Shown one piece after another: positions 8,388 to 16,857 of a stretch of 64,000 bases of DNA; the stretch's first letter is position 1, and each line of letters opens with the position of its first letter. The translations under genes were made by a program, and so were the position numbers. Source of the stretch: Steroidobacteraceae bacterium (lineage in GTDB: Bacteria > Pseudomonadota > Gammaproteobacteria > Steroidobacterales > Steroidobacteraceae); NCBI GenBank assembly GCA_035277305.1, contig DATEKT010000195.1, positions 6,329-70,328 on the forward strand, written 5' to 3'. The notes beneath the pieces are model-generated. The model worked only from the letters and a program-made list of their open reading frames with translations. It did no database searches and was not told where the DNA came from.

Positions 8388-8714
8388 TCAGCTGCCCCGT
8401 CGAACTTCCATGGCGTCCTTCACTCTCTTGACGCCGTCGACGTCGCGCGCCAGTTGCAGGGCGCGCGTGCGCGCTTGGTCGGATTCGACGAAGCCGCTCA
8501 ACTGCACCGTGCCCTTGAACGTCTCGACGGTGATCTGGTGCGCCTTCGTCACCGGATCCGCGACCAGCGCAGCCTTGACCTTCGCGGTCACGACGCCATC
8601 GTCGACAGCTTCGCCGGCCGACTGTTGCGTCGGCGTGCTGGAACAGCCAGTCATGACCGCTGAAGCCATCAGGGCGGCCAGCAGTGCCGCCGCCGTGGAG
8701 CTTCTGTGCTTCAT
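8388..8714 (-). CDS. BON-domain (OsmY-like) lipoprotein
   Basis: Lipobox VMTGC, then DDGVVTAKVKAAL, ITVETFKGTVQLSGFV and VDGVKRV. GAGGAG RBS. Confidence 0.9.
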   Translation of the reverse strand: MKHRSSTAAALLAALMASAVMTGCSSTPTQQSAGEAVDDGVVTAKVKAALVADPVTKAHQITVETFKGTVQLSGFVESDQARTRALQLARDVDGVKRVKDAMEVRRGS

Positions 8715-8750
8715 GTTCCCCATCTCCTCAACTGACTCGAATCGGCTGCC

Positions 8751-9176
8751 TTAGCCCGAGCCGTCGCGACGCTGTTCGGCAGCCCGCTTCGCTGCGTCGA
8801 GATCACGGTCCGCGCGGTCCTTGCAGTCCTTCTGCGCATCGCCGCTCATCGCTTCGCACTTCTCGGCGGCGACCTTGTGAGTGGCTTCGGCCTGCGCTAC
8901 GGCGATCTTGTAGTCGTTCTTGGCGGCAGTCTCGCTAGCCTGCTGCGTCTGATCGGCCACATCGTTCGGATCGTGATCGGCCTGTGCATCTGCGACGTCC
9001 TTCTGCGCGTCGGCCGTACGTTCGCGCGCATCCGCCTGTGCGTCGGCGACATCGCGCTGCGCGTCGGCACGTGCGTCTGTCACGTCGTGCTGCACCTCTG
9101 CCGGCGATTCTGCCTTGTTGCAGCCCGCGAGCGCGAGTCCGGCCACCATGGCGATAAGAAATGCGTTCCCCTTCAT
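8751..9176 (-). CDS. Hypothetical coiled-coil lipoprotein
   Basis: Lipobox LALAGC, DVxDAxAD repeats, C-terminal EKC-x9-C pair. GAGGA RBS. Confidence 0.8.
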   Translation of the reverse strand: MKGNAFLIAMVAGLALAGCNKAESPAEVQHDVTDARADAQRDVADAQADARERTADAQKDVADAQADHDPNDVADQTQQASETAAKNDYKIAVAQAEATHKVAAEKCEAMSGDAQKDCKDRADRDLDAAKRAAEQRRDGSG

Positions 9177-9340
9177 GTCGGTGTCCTCAATTAGCTACCC
9201 GCCATAGAAACCCATGTCTCAACCTGCCGGTTCCGTTGCAAAAAGTCGCTGACAGGACCGCTACAGACGGGCAGGAATTGCCGACGGCGGAACCAGAAAA
9301 TGCGCGCACACGTTTCAGTGTTTCTGGTCGTGCGCCCTTT

Positions 9341-10819
9341 GTGCACGATTCACCGACGGTCCGGGACGATCCATTGCCAGCCTTAGCCGATGACAGGGAG
9401 CCGCAGAGCTCCGCGCCGCCACCGAGCATGCTCCCGCCCAGTACCGGTGGGCGGGTGCCTCTGCACGTCATCGGCATCATCGTCGTCTCGATCGCCCTGC
9501 TCGTGATCAACGCGTCGCTCCTGATCATCAACACGGCTGCGACGATGGATTCCAACGCACACTACGCGCGCTCCACCGAGATCAAGCGCGCGCTCACTAC
9601 CTATCAGTCGGTGATCACCCAGGCAGAGTCCGCGCAGCGCGGCTATCTGCTGACCGGTCAGACCGGCTACCTGGAGCCGTATCACGTCGCGATGCGCAGC
9701 TGGCGCAAGCAGATCGACCAGTTGCGCGAGCTCACCGTCGACGATCCGAAGCGGCTGGCCGACATTGCTTCCCTGGAAGGTCTGACGACCGCCGCCGTCA
9801 GCCGCCTGGAGCAGACGATTCGCAGCAGTCCGCAGCCTGGGCCACACGGCAATGCGGACGTCGCCGGCACCGATCGCGCGACTCAGACGATGGACCGCGT
9901 GCGCGGCGTCGTCGATCGCATGATGAGCGAGGAAGATTCGCGCATCGAAGCATCGCGGCGCGAAGTGCTGCGCGACATGTGGGTTGGCGCCGGCGTCGCA
10001 GTGCTGGCCGCCGTGGTGACCGTCGCGGTGCTGATCGCGCTGAACAAGCTGCTGCAGCGATACGTGCGCGACCGCGAAAGCGCCGAGCGCGCGCTGCGCG
10101 AGGCGAACCAGCGCCTGAACGACCTGGTCGAGCAGCGCACCGCCGAGCTCACCGAGCTGTCGCAGCACCTCATCCGCGTGTCGGAGGAGGAAAAAGCCAA
10201 ACTGGCGCGCGAGCTGCACGACACGCTCGGCAGCAACCTGACCGCGATCAACATGGATCTGAACTGGATCCAGCGACGGCTGCCGGAAACCCCTCGCGAG
10301 GTGCGCGAGCGCCTGCAGCGCGTGTTGCAGATGCTGGCAGATACGGTGGAGCTGAAGCACGAGGTGATCGAGGGTCTGCGCCCCAGCCATCTCGACAACC
10401 TCGGCCTGGCGTTTGCGATGCGTTCCCACTGCCGCGAGTTCACGCGCCGCACCGGGCTGCCCTGCGACATCGAGGTGCACGAGGACTTCGACGACCTGGA
10501 CCCCTCCTGGTCGATCGCCTTCTACCGGATTGCGCAGGAAGCGCTCACCAACATCACCAAGCACGCCCAGGCGGCCCATGTGCGGATCACGCTGGCCCGC
10601 GAGCCGGAGGGGGTCCGCCTGCGGATCGCCGACGACGGGGTCGGCCTCACCGACGAGGCGCTGGCCAAGCCCAAATCGCACGGGGTCGTCGGCATGCGCG
10701 AGCGCGTCCGCGAGATGGGCGGGACCTTCGCCATCCGCCGGCCGGCCAACGGCCGCGGGACCGTCGTGGAGGCCTTCATTCCGAATCCCGGTCAGGCCCC
10801 GGCCTGGAGCGCGGCGTAG
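9341..10819 (+). CDS. CHASE3-domain sensor histidine kinase (HisKA_3 type)
   Basis: AESAQRGYLLTG (CHASE3), ARELHDTLG, QEALTNITKHA, IADDGVG and GVVGMRERV. Start is uncertain (GTG 9341 or ATG 9428). Confidence 0.9.
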   Translation: MHDSPTVRDDPLPALADDREPQSSAPPPSMLPPSTGGRVPLHVIGIIVVSIALLVINASLLIINTAATMDSNAHYARSTEIKRALTTYQSVITQAESAQRGYLLTGQTGYLEPYHVAMRSWRKQIDQLRELTVDDPKRLADIASLEGLTTAAVSRLEQTIRSSPQPGPHGNADVAGTDRATQTMDRVRGVVDRMMSEEDSRIEASRREVLRDMWVGAGVAVLAAVVTVAVLIALNKLLQRYVRDRESAERALREANQRLNDLVEQRTAELTELSQHLIRVSEEEKAKLARELHDTLGSNLTAINMDLNWIQRRLPETPREVRERLQRVLQMLADTVELKHEVIEGLRPSHLDNLGLAFAMRSHCREFTRRTGLPCDIEVHEDFDDLDPSWSIAFYRIAQEALTNITKHAQAAHVRITLAREPEGVRLRIADDGVGLTDEALAKPKSHGVVGMRERVREMGGTFAIRRPANGRGTVVEAFIPNPGQAPAWSAA

Positions 10820-10967
10820 GGCGCGGCCGACGAGGGCGATTACAGGGGGTCACGGCCGCGAAAGCGACGTCCTCTGAAATGAATCGCGCAATGTCGGGAA
10901 CATTTCGGCACGCCCAAGCGGTTGTGTCAGTCGAAGGCCGCACAAGGCCAGCGTATAGGGGCGAGCT

Positions 10968-11321
10968 ATGGAAAACCCGATGACCGACACTGTTCCGGCA
11001 CGCGACGCGCGCGCGTATTTGGGGCATGACACTGACGCTCGCGCGGAATTGCGGGAACTGGCGGTCTTGCAGGTGCCGGTCGGCACCAACCTGGCCGACG
11101 TCGAACGCTGGATGATCTTCGCGACGCTGCAGAAGTGCGGCGGCAACAAGACCCGCGCGGCGGCATTGCTGGGCGTCAGCCTGAAGACGCTCTACAACCG
11201 CCTGAACGCCTACCGGGCACAGGGGCTGGTCATGGACTACGCGGCCACCGCCGGGCGGGACATCGAGATCACGGGCATGCATGCAGAGCTCGTGGATGAA
11301 CTCACGGAGGTACCCGGATGA
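10968..11321 (+). CDS. Stand-alone Fis-type HTH protein
   Basis: VGTNLADVERWMIFATLQKCGGNKTRAAALLGVSLKTLYNRL. ATGA overlap with the next gene. Confidence 0.8.
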   Translation: MENPMTDTVPARDARAYLGHDTDARAELRELAVLQVPVGTNLADVERWMIFATLQKCGGNKTRAAALLGVSLKTLYNRLNAYRAQGLVMDYAATAGRDIEITGMHAELVDELTEVPG

Positions 11322-12010
11322 TGTTGGACGCGAGAGAAAACGAGAGTCGGGACACCTTTCAGCAGGTGCAGACGCCGATCCGCGTGATGATCGTGGACGA
11401 TCACGCGATCCTGCGCGCCGGCGTCCGCGAGATGCTTTCGGAAGAGGCGGATCTGCAGGTGGTCGGCGAAGCCGGCTCCGCTGAGGACGCCCTGCAGCAG
11501 CTGCGCGAAGGATTGAAGGTCGACGTCGTGGTGCTGGACATCACGTTGCCTGGCCAGAGCGGCATCGACCTGCTCAAGCAGTTGCGGCGCGACCGTCCGG
11601 AGCTGGCGATCCTGGTGCTGAGCATGCACCCCGAGCGCAGTTTCGCGGTGCGTCTGATGCGTGCTGGAGCGAACGGCTACGTGCCGAAGATGATCGTGCC
11701 CGAAGAGCTGGTGAAAGCGGTGCGCGCGGTCGGCACTGGACGGCGTTACATCACGCCGCTGGTGGCGGAGCTGCTTGCATCGGAATGCGCGGCGGACGAA
11801 GAGGGGCCGCTGCACAACCGCTTGTCGGAGCGCGAGCTGCAAGTCTTCACCCGCATCGCCCGCGGCGTCTCGCCCGCGGTCATGGCGAACGAGCTGGGCC
11901 TGAGCGTGAAGACCGTGAGCACCTATCGCGCGCGCATCCTCGAGAAGATGGGAATGCGCAGCAATGCAGAGATCGCCGCTTACGCCGTCCGCAACCAGCT
12001 GGTCGAGTAA
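11318..12010 (+). CDS. NarL/UvrY-family response regulator
   Basis: MIVDDH, VLDITLPG, LSMH and the LuxR HTH LSERELQV...LSVKTVSTYRARILEK. Confidence 0.95.
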   Translation: MMLDARENESRDTFQQVQTPIRVMIVDDHAILRAGVREMLSEEADLQVVGEAGSAEDALQQLREGLKVDVVVLDITLPGQSGIDLLKQLRRDRPELAILVLSMHPERSFAVRLMRAGANGYVPKMIVPEELVKAVRAVGTGRRYITPLVAELLASECAADEEGPLHNRLSERELQVFTRIARGVSPAVMANELGLSVKTVSTYRARILEKMGMRSNAEIAAYAVRNQLVE

Positions 12011-12467
12011 GGCCGGCCGCTGGCACTGCGCGGGGGAGTCGACGCCGGGCACCGAGAGTGACACCGGCACGCACCCGGCGCTGCGCGCGCTCGGGCGGGC
12101 TGAGCTGACCATCTACATCGTCGAGGACTCGGAAGCCGTCAAGGAACGGCTGATCGAGTCCGTCGAGGACATCCCGCACGCACGTGTCGTCGGCAGCGCC
12201 GAGGGCGTCACCGAGGCGCTCGAAGGCATGCGTGTGCTCCAGCCGCGTGTGTTGATCCTCGACATCCAGCTGCGCGGTGGCAGCGGCTTCCGTCTGCTCA
12301 AGCTGATGCGCGCGGCCGGCATGACGCGGCCCGAGACGATCATCGTCGTGACCAACTATCCCTCCGACGACTACCGCACCGCGAGCCGCGAGTGCGGTGC
12401 GGATCACTTCTTCGACAAGGCCTCGGAATTTCACAAAGTGCGTGAAGTGCTGCTGGATATGCGGTGA
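11964..12467 (+). CDS. Single-domain response regulator receiver
   Basis: IYIVEDS, ILDIQLRGGSG, VVTN and GADHFFDK. The true start is uncertain; the domain begins at ~12105. Confidence 0.8.
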   Translation: MQRSPLTPSATSWSSKAGRWHCAGESTPGTESDTGTHPALRALGRAELTIYIVEDSEAVKERLIESVEDIPHARVVGSAEGVTEALEGMRVLQPRVLILDIQLRGGSGFRLLKLMRAAGMTRPETIIVVTNYPSDDYRTASRECGADHFFDKASEFHKVREVLLDMR

Positions 12468-12539
12468 CCACGCAGGTGCGCAGTTCCAGGGATCTAAATG
12501 CCCGCTGGTGCGTTGCATGCTCCGGTGGTTGATTTGGAC

Positions 12540-12660
12540 ATTGCGCAACACGTCGCATGGACCTCCCCAGGACGATGGGGGCACCCGCTGAGAACCCATC
12601 GGACGCCATGCAGACGGCTGCGCACTTGAGGCCGCGCCGTAAGGCACGGCCTCTTTTTTT
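12540..12660 (+). ncRNA. Candidate structured sRNA or leader RNA ending in an intrinsic terminator
   Basis: Nested complementarity GCGCA/TGCGC, CGTC-GCATGG/CCATGC-A-GACG and CGATGGG/CCCATCG, followed by a terminator. Confidence 0.45.
12628..12660 (+). terminator. Intrinsic terminator
   Basis: GAGGCCG(C)GCC-GTAA-GGC(A)CGGCCTC-TTTTTTT. Confidence 0.85.
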
Positions 12661-12673
12661 GTGGAGGTGCACC

Positions 12674-13282
12674 ATGACCGCGAACCTGCGCCGGAGCCTG
12701 TTGCCCGCCGCACTGATCGCATGCCAGGCGCTGACCTGCACCGCGCTCGCCCAGCAAACCGACGAAGACCGTCCGCGCCAATCAACGCTCGACCGCGGTG
12801 CCGAGGTCGATCGAACGCGAACCACGCAGTCACCGATGTCCAGGACTGTGACGCCCCAGTCGTTCACGACTCAGGCTGCCGTCATCGGCCAGGCGGAGAT
12901 CGATCTCGGCCAGCTGGCCCTGCAGCAGACGCAGGACTCAGGCGTGCGCGACTATGCGCAGCGTATGGTCAGGGATCACCAGGCAGCGGCCGCAAGACTT
13001 CGGAAGATCGCCGGCGAGGAAGATCTCGATCTGCCGCAGTCGCTCGACGCAGGGCACGCAGCGCTGAAAGAAAAACTATCGAGCCTGAGAGGCACAGCGT
13101 TCGATCGCGAATACGCGAAAGCGATGGCGAAGGGACACGACAATGCTGTCGCGCTCTTCGAGTCCGCCTCTCAGGCGTCGCAAATGACGCCGGCGCTGAA
13201 GGAGTTCGCTGCTGCGACGCTGCCGACGTTGAAGCAGCACATGCAAATGGCGCACGAGCTGCAAGCGAAGGAAAGCGGGTAA
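12674..13282 (+). CDS. Secreted DUF4142 (ferritin-like) protein
   Basis: GGAGG RBS, signal peptide, AEIDLGQLA, VRDYAQRMVRDH, FDREY and FAAATLPTLKQH. Confidence 0.85.
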   Translation: MTANLRRSLLPAALIACQALTCTALAQQTDEDRPRQSTLDRGAEVDRTRTTQSPMSRTVTPQSFTTQAAVIGQAEIDLGQLALQQTQDSGVRDYAQRMVRDHQAAAARLRKIAGEEDLDLPQSLDAGHAALKEKLSSLRGTAFDREYAKAMAKGHDNAVALFESASQASQMTPALKEFAAATLPTLKQHMQMAHELQAKESG

Positions 13283-13287
13283 GCAGG

Positions 13288-13797
13288 CTACCAGCGCTTC
13301 TGGTTCACCCGCAGCTGATTGTGGATCTCGCGCACGCCACAGGCGTCGATGAGCTCTTCGACCTCGTACTTCGTACGCCGGTCTGCGACAGAGCCGCGTA
13401 GCGTCGCAGCCTGATCCTTCACTTCGACTTCGATGTCGCTGGCGTCGATGCGCGGATCGTCCGTCAGCCGCTCGCAGATCGTTTCCAGGAGTCGCTCGTC
13501 CGACCGTGCGTAACCTTTCGGCCCACGGCCGCGATGTGACGGCGAGTCGCCCCGCGATTCCATCTCGGGCGTCCAGTCCGCCGGATCGCTCCATGCACCT
13601 TCGCCCGCGTAGCCCGAAGCTCCGGCGCTGCCCCTGGAGCTCGCGCGTGAGCTCGGCGCCGTGCCGAACCCACCGCCGTAGTGGCTGCCGGCCCCGAAGT
13701 ACTGCTCGCCAGCGTCGTCGTTGCGCCACTCGTCATCGAACTCTCGATAACCGCTAGGGCGCGCGGAAGGGATTTCGTAGCGGCGGTCGTTGGGCAT
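13288..13797 (-). CDS. Cytoplasmic BON-domain protein
   Basis: HRGRGPKGYARSDERL..ICERLTDD..IDASDIEVEV..TLRGSV..GVREIHNQLRV. Confidence 0.9.
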   Translation of the reverse strand: MPNDRRYEIPSARPSGYREFDDEWRNDDAGEQYFGAGSHYGGGFGTAPSSRASSRGSAGASGYAGEGAWSDPADWTPEMESRGDSPSHRGRGPKGYARSDERLLETICERLTDDPRIDASDIEVEVKDQAATLRGSVADRRTKYEVEELIDACGVREIHNQLRVNQKRW

Positions 13798-13927
13798 GAC
13801 TGTTCTCCGGTAGCGAGGACTCCAGGAACAAGACGCGCCGCGCGTCGATGTTCCGCGCGGGTCAAAGCGCCGACAGCGCGTGCAGCATCGTCCGTAGAGA
13901 GATGCGCAGGAGGGAGCGGGCCAACTT

Positions 13928-14161
13928 CTACTTGTTCTTGCGATCGTCCTGAAGCAGGTTGCGGCTCCAGTCCGCGCGGCTGCGCGACTCGTCGTACTCG
14001 ACCGCGTTTTCCGAATGCGTGCTGCGGCACTCGTCCTGCCAGCGCACGACCAGATAGCGGCCGGTGCGCAGCTGCCAGACGTCGCCGCGCAGGTCCATGT
14101 CGCTGTCTTTCAACCGGACGGGATCACCGACTTGCAGTCGGCTGTGCTGTTCTTCGCTCAT
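13928..14161 (-). CDS. Small hypothetical protein (SH3-like beta fold possible)
   Basis: LQVGDPVRLK...LVVRW, 77 aa, plausible codon usage. Confidence 0.55.
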   Translation of the reverse strand: MSEEQHSRLQVGDPVRLKDSDMDLRGDVWQLRTGRYLVVRWQDECRSTHSENAVEYDESRSRADWSRNLLQDDRKNK

Positions 14162-14308
14162 GGCATAGCCTAGTGCGACCGGCGCCGTGGATGGATTCAG
14201 GGAAAATCGCAATCGCCGCAGGCGATGCTCAGGATGAGCAGCCCGTCACGAACGGGCGTGTGAGGGCCTTCACGGTTTGCGAGCGCTACGGGGCGGCCAG
14301 GCCTCGAG

Positions 14309-14533
14309 TCATTCGGTCCACCAGCCCATGAATTCTTCGAAGCTGATCTTGCCGTCGCCGTCGCTGTCGGTCATCTCGAACGCCAGCAGGCATTCGTCTT
14401 CCGACAGATCCTGGTCGAGCGCGTGCAACAGCGCTTCGAACTCCGCGACGACGATCCAGCCATCGCCGTTCGCGTCGCAGGCATCGAAGCTCTGGCGCAA
14501 CTCGGCGAGCTCATCGGTGCTGAGATCTTTCAT
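14309..14533 (-). CDS. Two-EF-hand calmodulin-like protein
   Basis: GGGAG RBS; canonical loops DANGDGWIVVAE and DSDGDGKISFEE. Confidence 0.9.
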   Translation of the reverse strand: MKDLSTDELAELRQSFDACDANGDGWIVVAEFEALLHALDQDLSEDECLLAFEMTDSDGDGKISFEEFMGWWTE

Positions 14534-14576
14534 CGTCGGGTCTCCCTGAACACGTTGCTCCCAGCGCGCTGCGATT

Positions 14577-16205
14577 CTACCGGGGGCCGCCGAACTTCTC
14601 TGCAAAGAAATCGTCGGCGTTCCAGCGCGGCGCGCTCGCCGCGTTGGCAGCGTCCAGCAGGATGCGCACGTCGACGCGCGTCAGGTCCGCGGCCGTGCCG
14701 TAGTCGAGCGGCAGATTGAGGTCGTCGCTCGGCTGGTGATAGTTAGTCTCGCGGAACTGCTTCTGCAGCGCGCCGACATCGACGCCGGCCTCGCGCCCCT
14801 GGTAGCCGCTCTTCAACACCAGCGCCGGAATCCCGTGCCGGATGAAGGAGAACTGGTCGCTGCGGATGAAGCTGACTTCCTCGGGCGTTGCGTCCGGGCT
14901 CAGCCGGTAGCCTTGCGCCGTCACGGCGTTGCGCGCGAGCGTGCCGAGACTGGAATGCTCCGCGCCGATGGCCACGAAATCGCGCACCGGCGCGAGCGGC
15001 AGCGGCATGTCGATGTTGATGTTCGCGACGATGCGCCGACCGTCGGCGCGCGGACGTTGGGCGAAATAGTCGGAGCCCAGCAGTCCCTTCTCCTCGGCGG
15101 TGACCGCCGCGAACAGCACTGTGCGTCGCGGGCGGGTGTTCGAGACGTGCAGCGCTCGCGCGATTTCCAGCAGGATCGCGACGCCGACGGCATTGTCGTG
15201 CGCGCCGTTGTAGATCGAGTCGCCGTTGATCGCCGAGCCGCGCCCGAGATGATCCAGATGCGCGGTGATCACGATGATCTCGTTGCGCAGCTCCGGATCC
15301 GTGCCGGGCAGCATGCCGAGCACGTTGGTGCTCTCGGTGCGCCGCAAGCCGGTCGTCGCCGACAGGGTCAACAGCCCCGGCAGGCCGAAGCCCTGCGGCT
15401 CGCCCGCGTCCGCGGCCGTCATGATGTCCGTGAAGCTCGAGGCGGCGTTTTCGAACAACCGCGCGGCCGCCTCGTGGTTGAAGCGAAACCGCAGCTTCAG
15501 CTCGGGAAACGCGCGCTGCGGTTTGCCGTCCGCGTCGAGCCAGCGCATCTGCGGCGTCCAGCTCATCGCAACGACCCGCTCCCAGGGCACGCGCCGCTCG
15601 TCGACCGATGAGGCGACCGTGATCACGCCGACTGCGCCGCGCTCGACGAGCGAGCTCCACTTGCGCTCGCTCCACGAGTAGTAGGCGCGCTGCGAGTTCG
15701 GAAACTTCGCGGGCGCGCCGCTCAGGATCACGGCGATGCGGCCCTTGAGATCGACGTTCTCGAAGTCCGTGTAGCCGAGCTCGGGCGCGTCGACGCCGTA
15801 ACCGGCGAACACGAGCGGCGCTGTCAACGTGGAGCTCGCGGACAGGAAATCGGCGGACGGCAGGTAATGCGTGCCGTACTCGAAAGAGTACGTCTCGTCA
15901 TCGCGCACCAGCTTCGCGGAGGAGCCGGGCAGCACGGGAGTCGCTTCCAGCAGCGGCACGGCCTGCAGGAACGTGTCGTCGTCGCCGGCTGGCGCGAGCC
16001 CGGCCTGGCGGAATTGCGCGGCGACGTAAGCCGCGGCGATGTCATAGCCGCGCGTCGCGGCGGCACGGCCTTCGAGCAGGTCGCCGGCCAGGAATTCGAC
16101 GTGACTGCGGATCGCTTCGGCGCGCACTGCGTTCGTGGCGGGCAGCTCGGCGGCGCGGGTCGTGAACGCGGCCGCGGCGAGCAAAAAGGCTGTCAAAGCG
16201 CGCAT
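14577..16205 (-). CDS. Secreted M28 metallopeptidase with PA domain
   Basis: Signal peptide, TAHLDHLG, NGAHDNAVG, TAEEKGLLGS, RSDQFSF and YHQPSD. Confidence 0.93.
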   Translation of the reverse strand: MRALTAFLLAAAAFTTRAAELPATNAVRAEAIRSHVEFLAGDLLEGRAAATRGYDIAAAYVAAQFRQAGLAPAGDDDTFLQAVPLLEATPVLPGSSAKLVRDDETYSFEYGTHYLPSADFLSASSTLTAPLVFAGYGVDAPELGYTDFENVDLKGRIAVILSGAPAKFPNSQRAYYSWSERKWSSLVERGAVGVITVASSVDERRVPWERVVAMSWTPQMRWLDADGKPQRAFPELKLRFRFNHEAAARLFENAASSFTDIMTAADAGEPQGFGLPGLLTLSATTGLRRTESTNVLGMLPGTDPELRNEIIVITAHLDHLGRGSAINGDSIYNGAHDNAVGVAILLEIARALHVSNTRPRRTVLFAAVTAEEKGLLGSDYFAQRPRADGRRIVANINIDMPLPLAPVRDFVAIGAEHSSLGTLARNAVTAQGYRLSPDATPEEVSFIRSDQFSFIRHGIPALVLKSGYQGREAGVDVGALQKQFRETNYHQPSDDLNLPLDYGTAADLTRVDVRILLDAANAASAPRWNADDFFAEKFGGPR

Positions 16206-16266
16206 GGCACTCCGTGATGGAAAGCACGACAGGGCGGCATTGTAGTTCACCGCCGGTTCAGCGCCT

Positions 16267-16296
16267 GGAACTTAGCTTGAACGTGCGGCATCCTGA
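16267..16296 (+). promoter_or_regulatory. Candidate RpoE (sigma-E)-like promoter
   Basis: GGAACTT-N17-TCCTGA just upstream of the NlpC/P60 gene. Confidence 0.35.
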
Positions 16297-16310
16297 CCGT
16301 GGTGTTCAAC

Positions 16311-16850
16311 ATGGCTAGTTGGCCTGCACGGGTTGTAATACGGCGCTGGAGCTTCACCGGCGTAACAGCAGTGTTGTTCCTGCAGGGCTGCTCCCTCGAG
16401 CCTTATCGACCGCCGCAGCCGCCTCCGGCGACCTGGAGTTCCAGACCCGCACCCGCACCGGCGCTCGCAGCCGCACCTTCCGTCGGCGACGACATCGCAG
16501 TCCGCGCTATTGCGCAGCTGGGCAAGCCGTACATCTGGGGCGGGGCCGATCTCACCGGTTTCGATTGCAGCGGCCTGGTGCGCTTCATCTACGACCAGGT
16601 CGGCATTCCCGTGCCGCGCACGGCGGCGGAGCAGTTCTCCGCGGCGAAGCCGATCGCACTCGCGGGACTGAAGCCCGGCGACCTGCTGTTCTTCCGCACG
16701 CAAGGCCCGCAGCGCATCTCACACGTAGCGATCTACACCGGCGAAGGGCGCTTCGTGCACGCGCCGCGCACCGGCTCGCCGGTCGAATTGCGCATGCTCG
16801 ACGACGAGTACTATCGCGCGCACCTCGCCGGCGCCGGCCGGCTGTTCTGA
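16311..16850 (+). CDS. NlpC/P60 (C40) peptidoglycan endopeptidase lipoprotein
   Basis: Lipobox FLQGC, GKPYIWGG, GFDCSGL, PGDLLFF, HVAIY and FVHA. Confidence 0.93.
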   Translation: MASWPARVVIRRWSFTGVTAVLFLQGCSLEPYRPPQPPPATWSSRPAPAPALAAAPSVGDDIAVRAIAQLGKPYIWGGADLTGFDCSGLVRFIYDQVGIPVPRTAAEQFSAAKPIALAGLKPGDLLFFRTQGPQRISHVAIYTGEGRFVHAPRTGSPVELRMLDDEYYRAHLAGAGRLF

Positions 16851-16857
16851 TTGCGCT

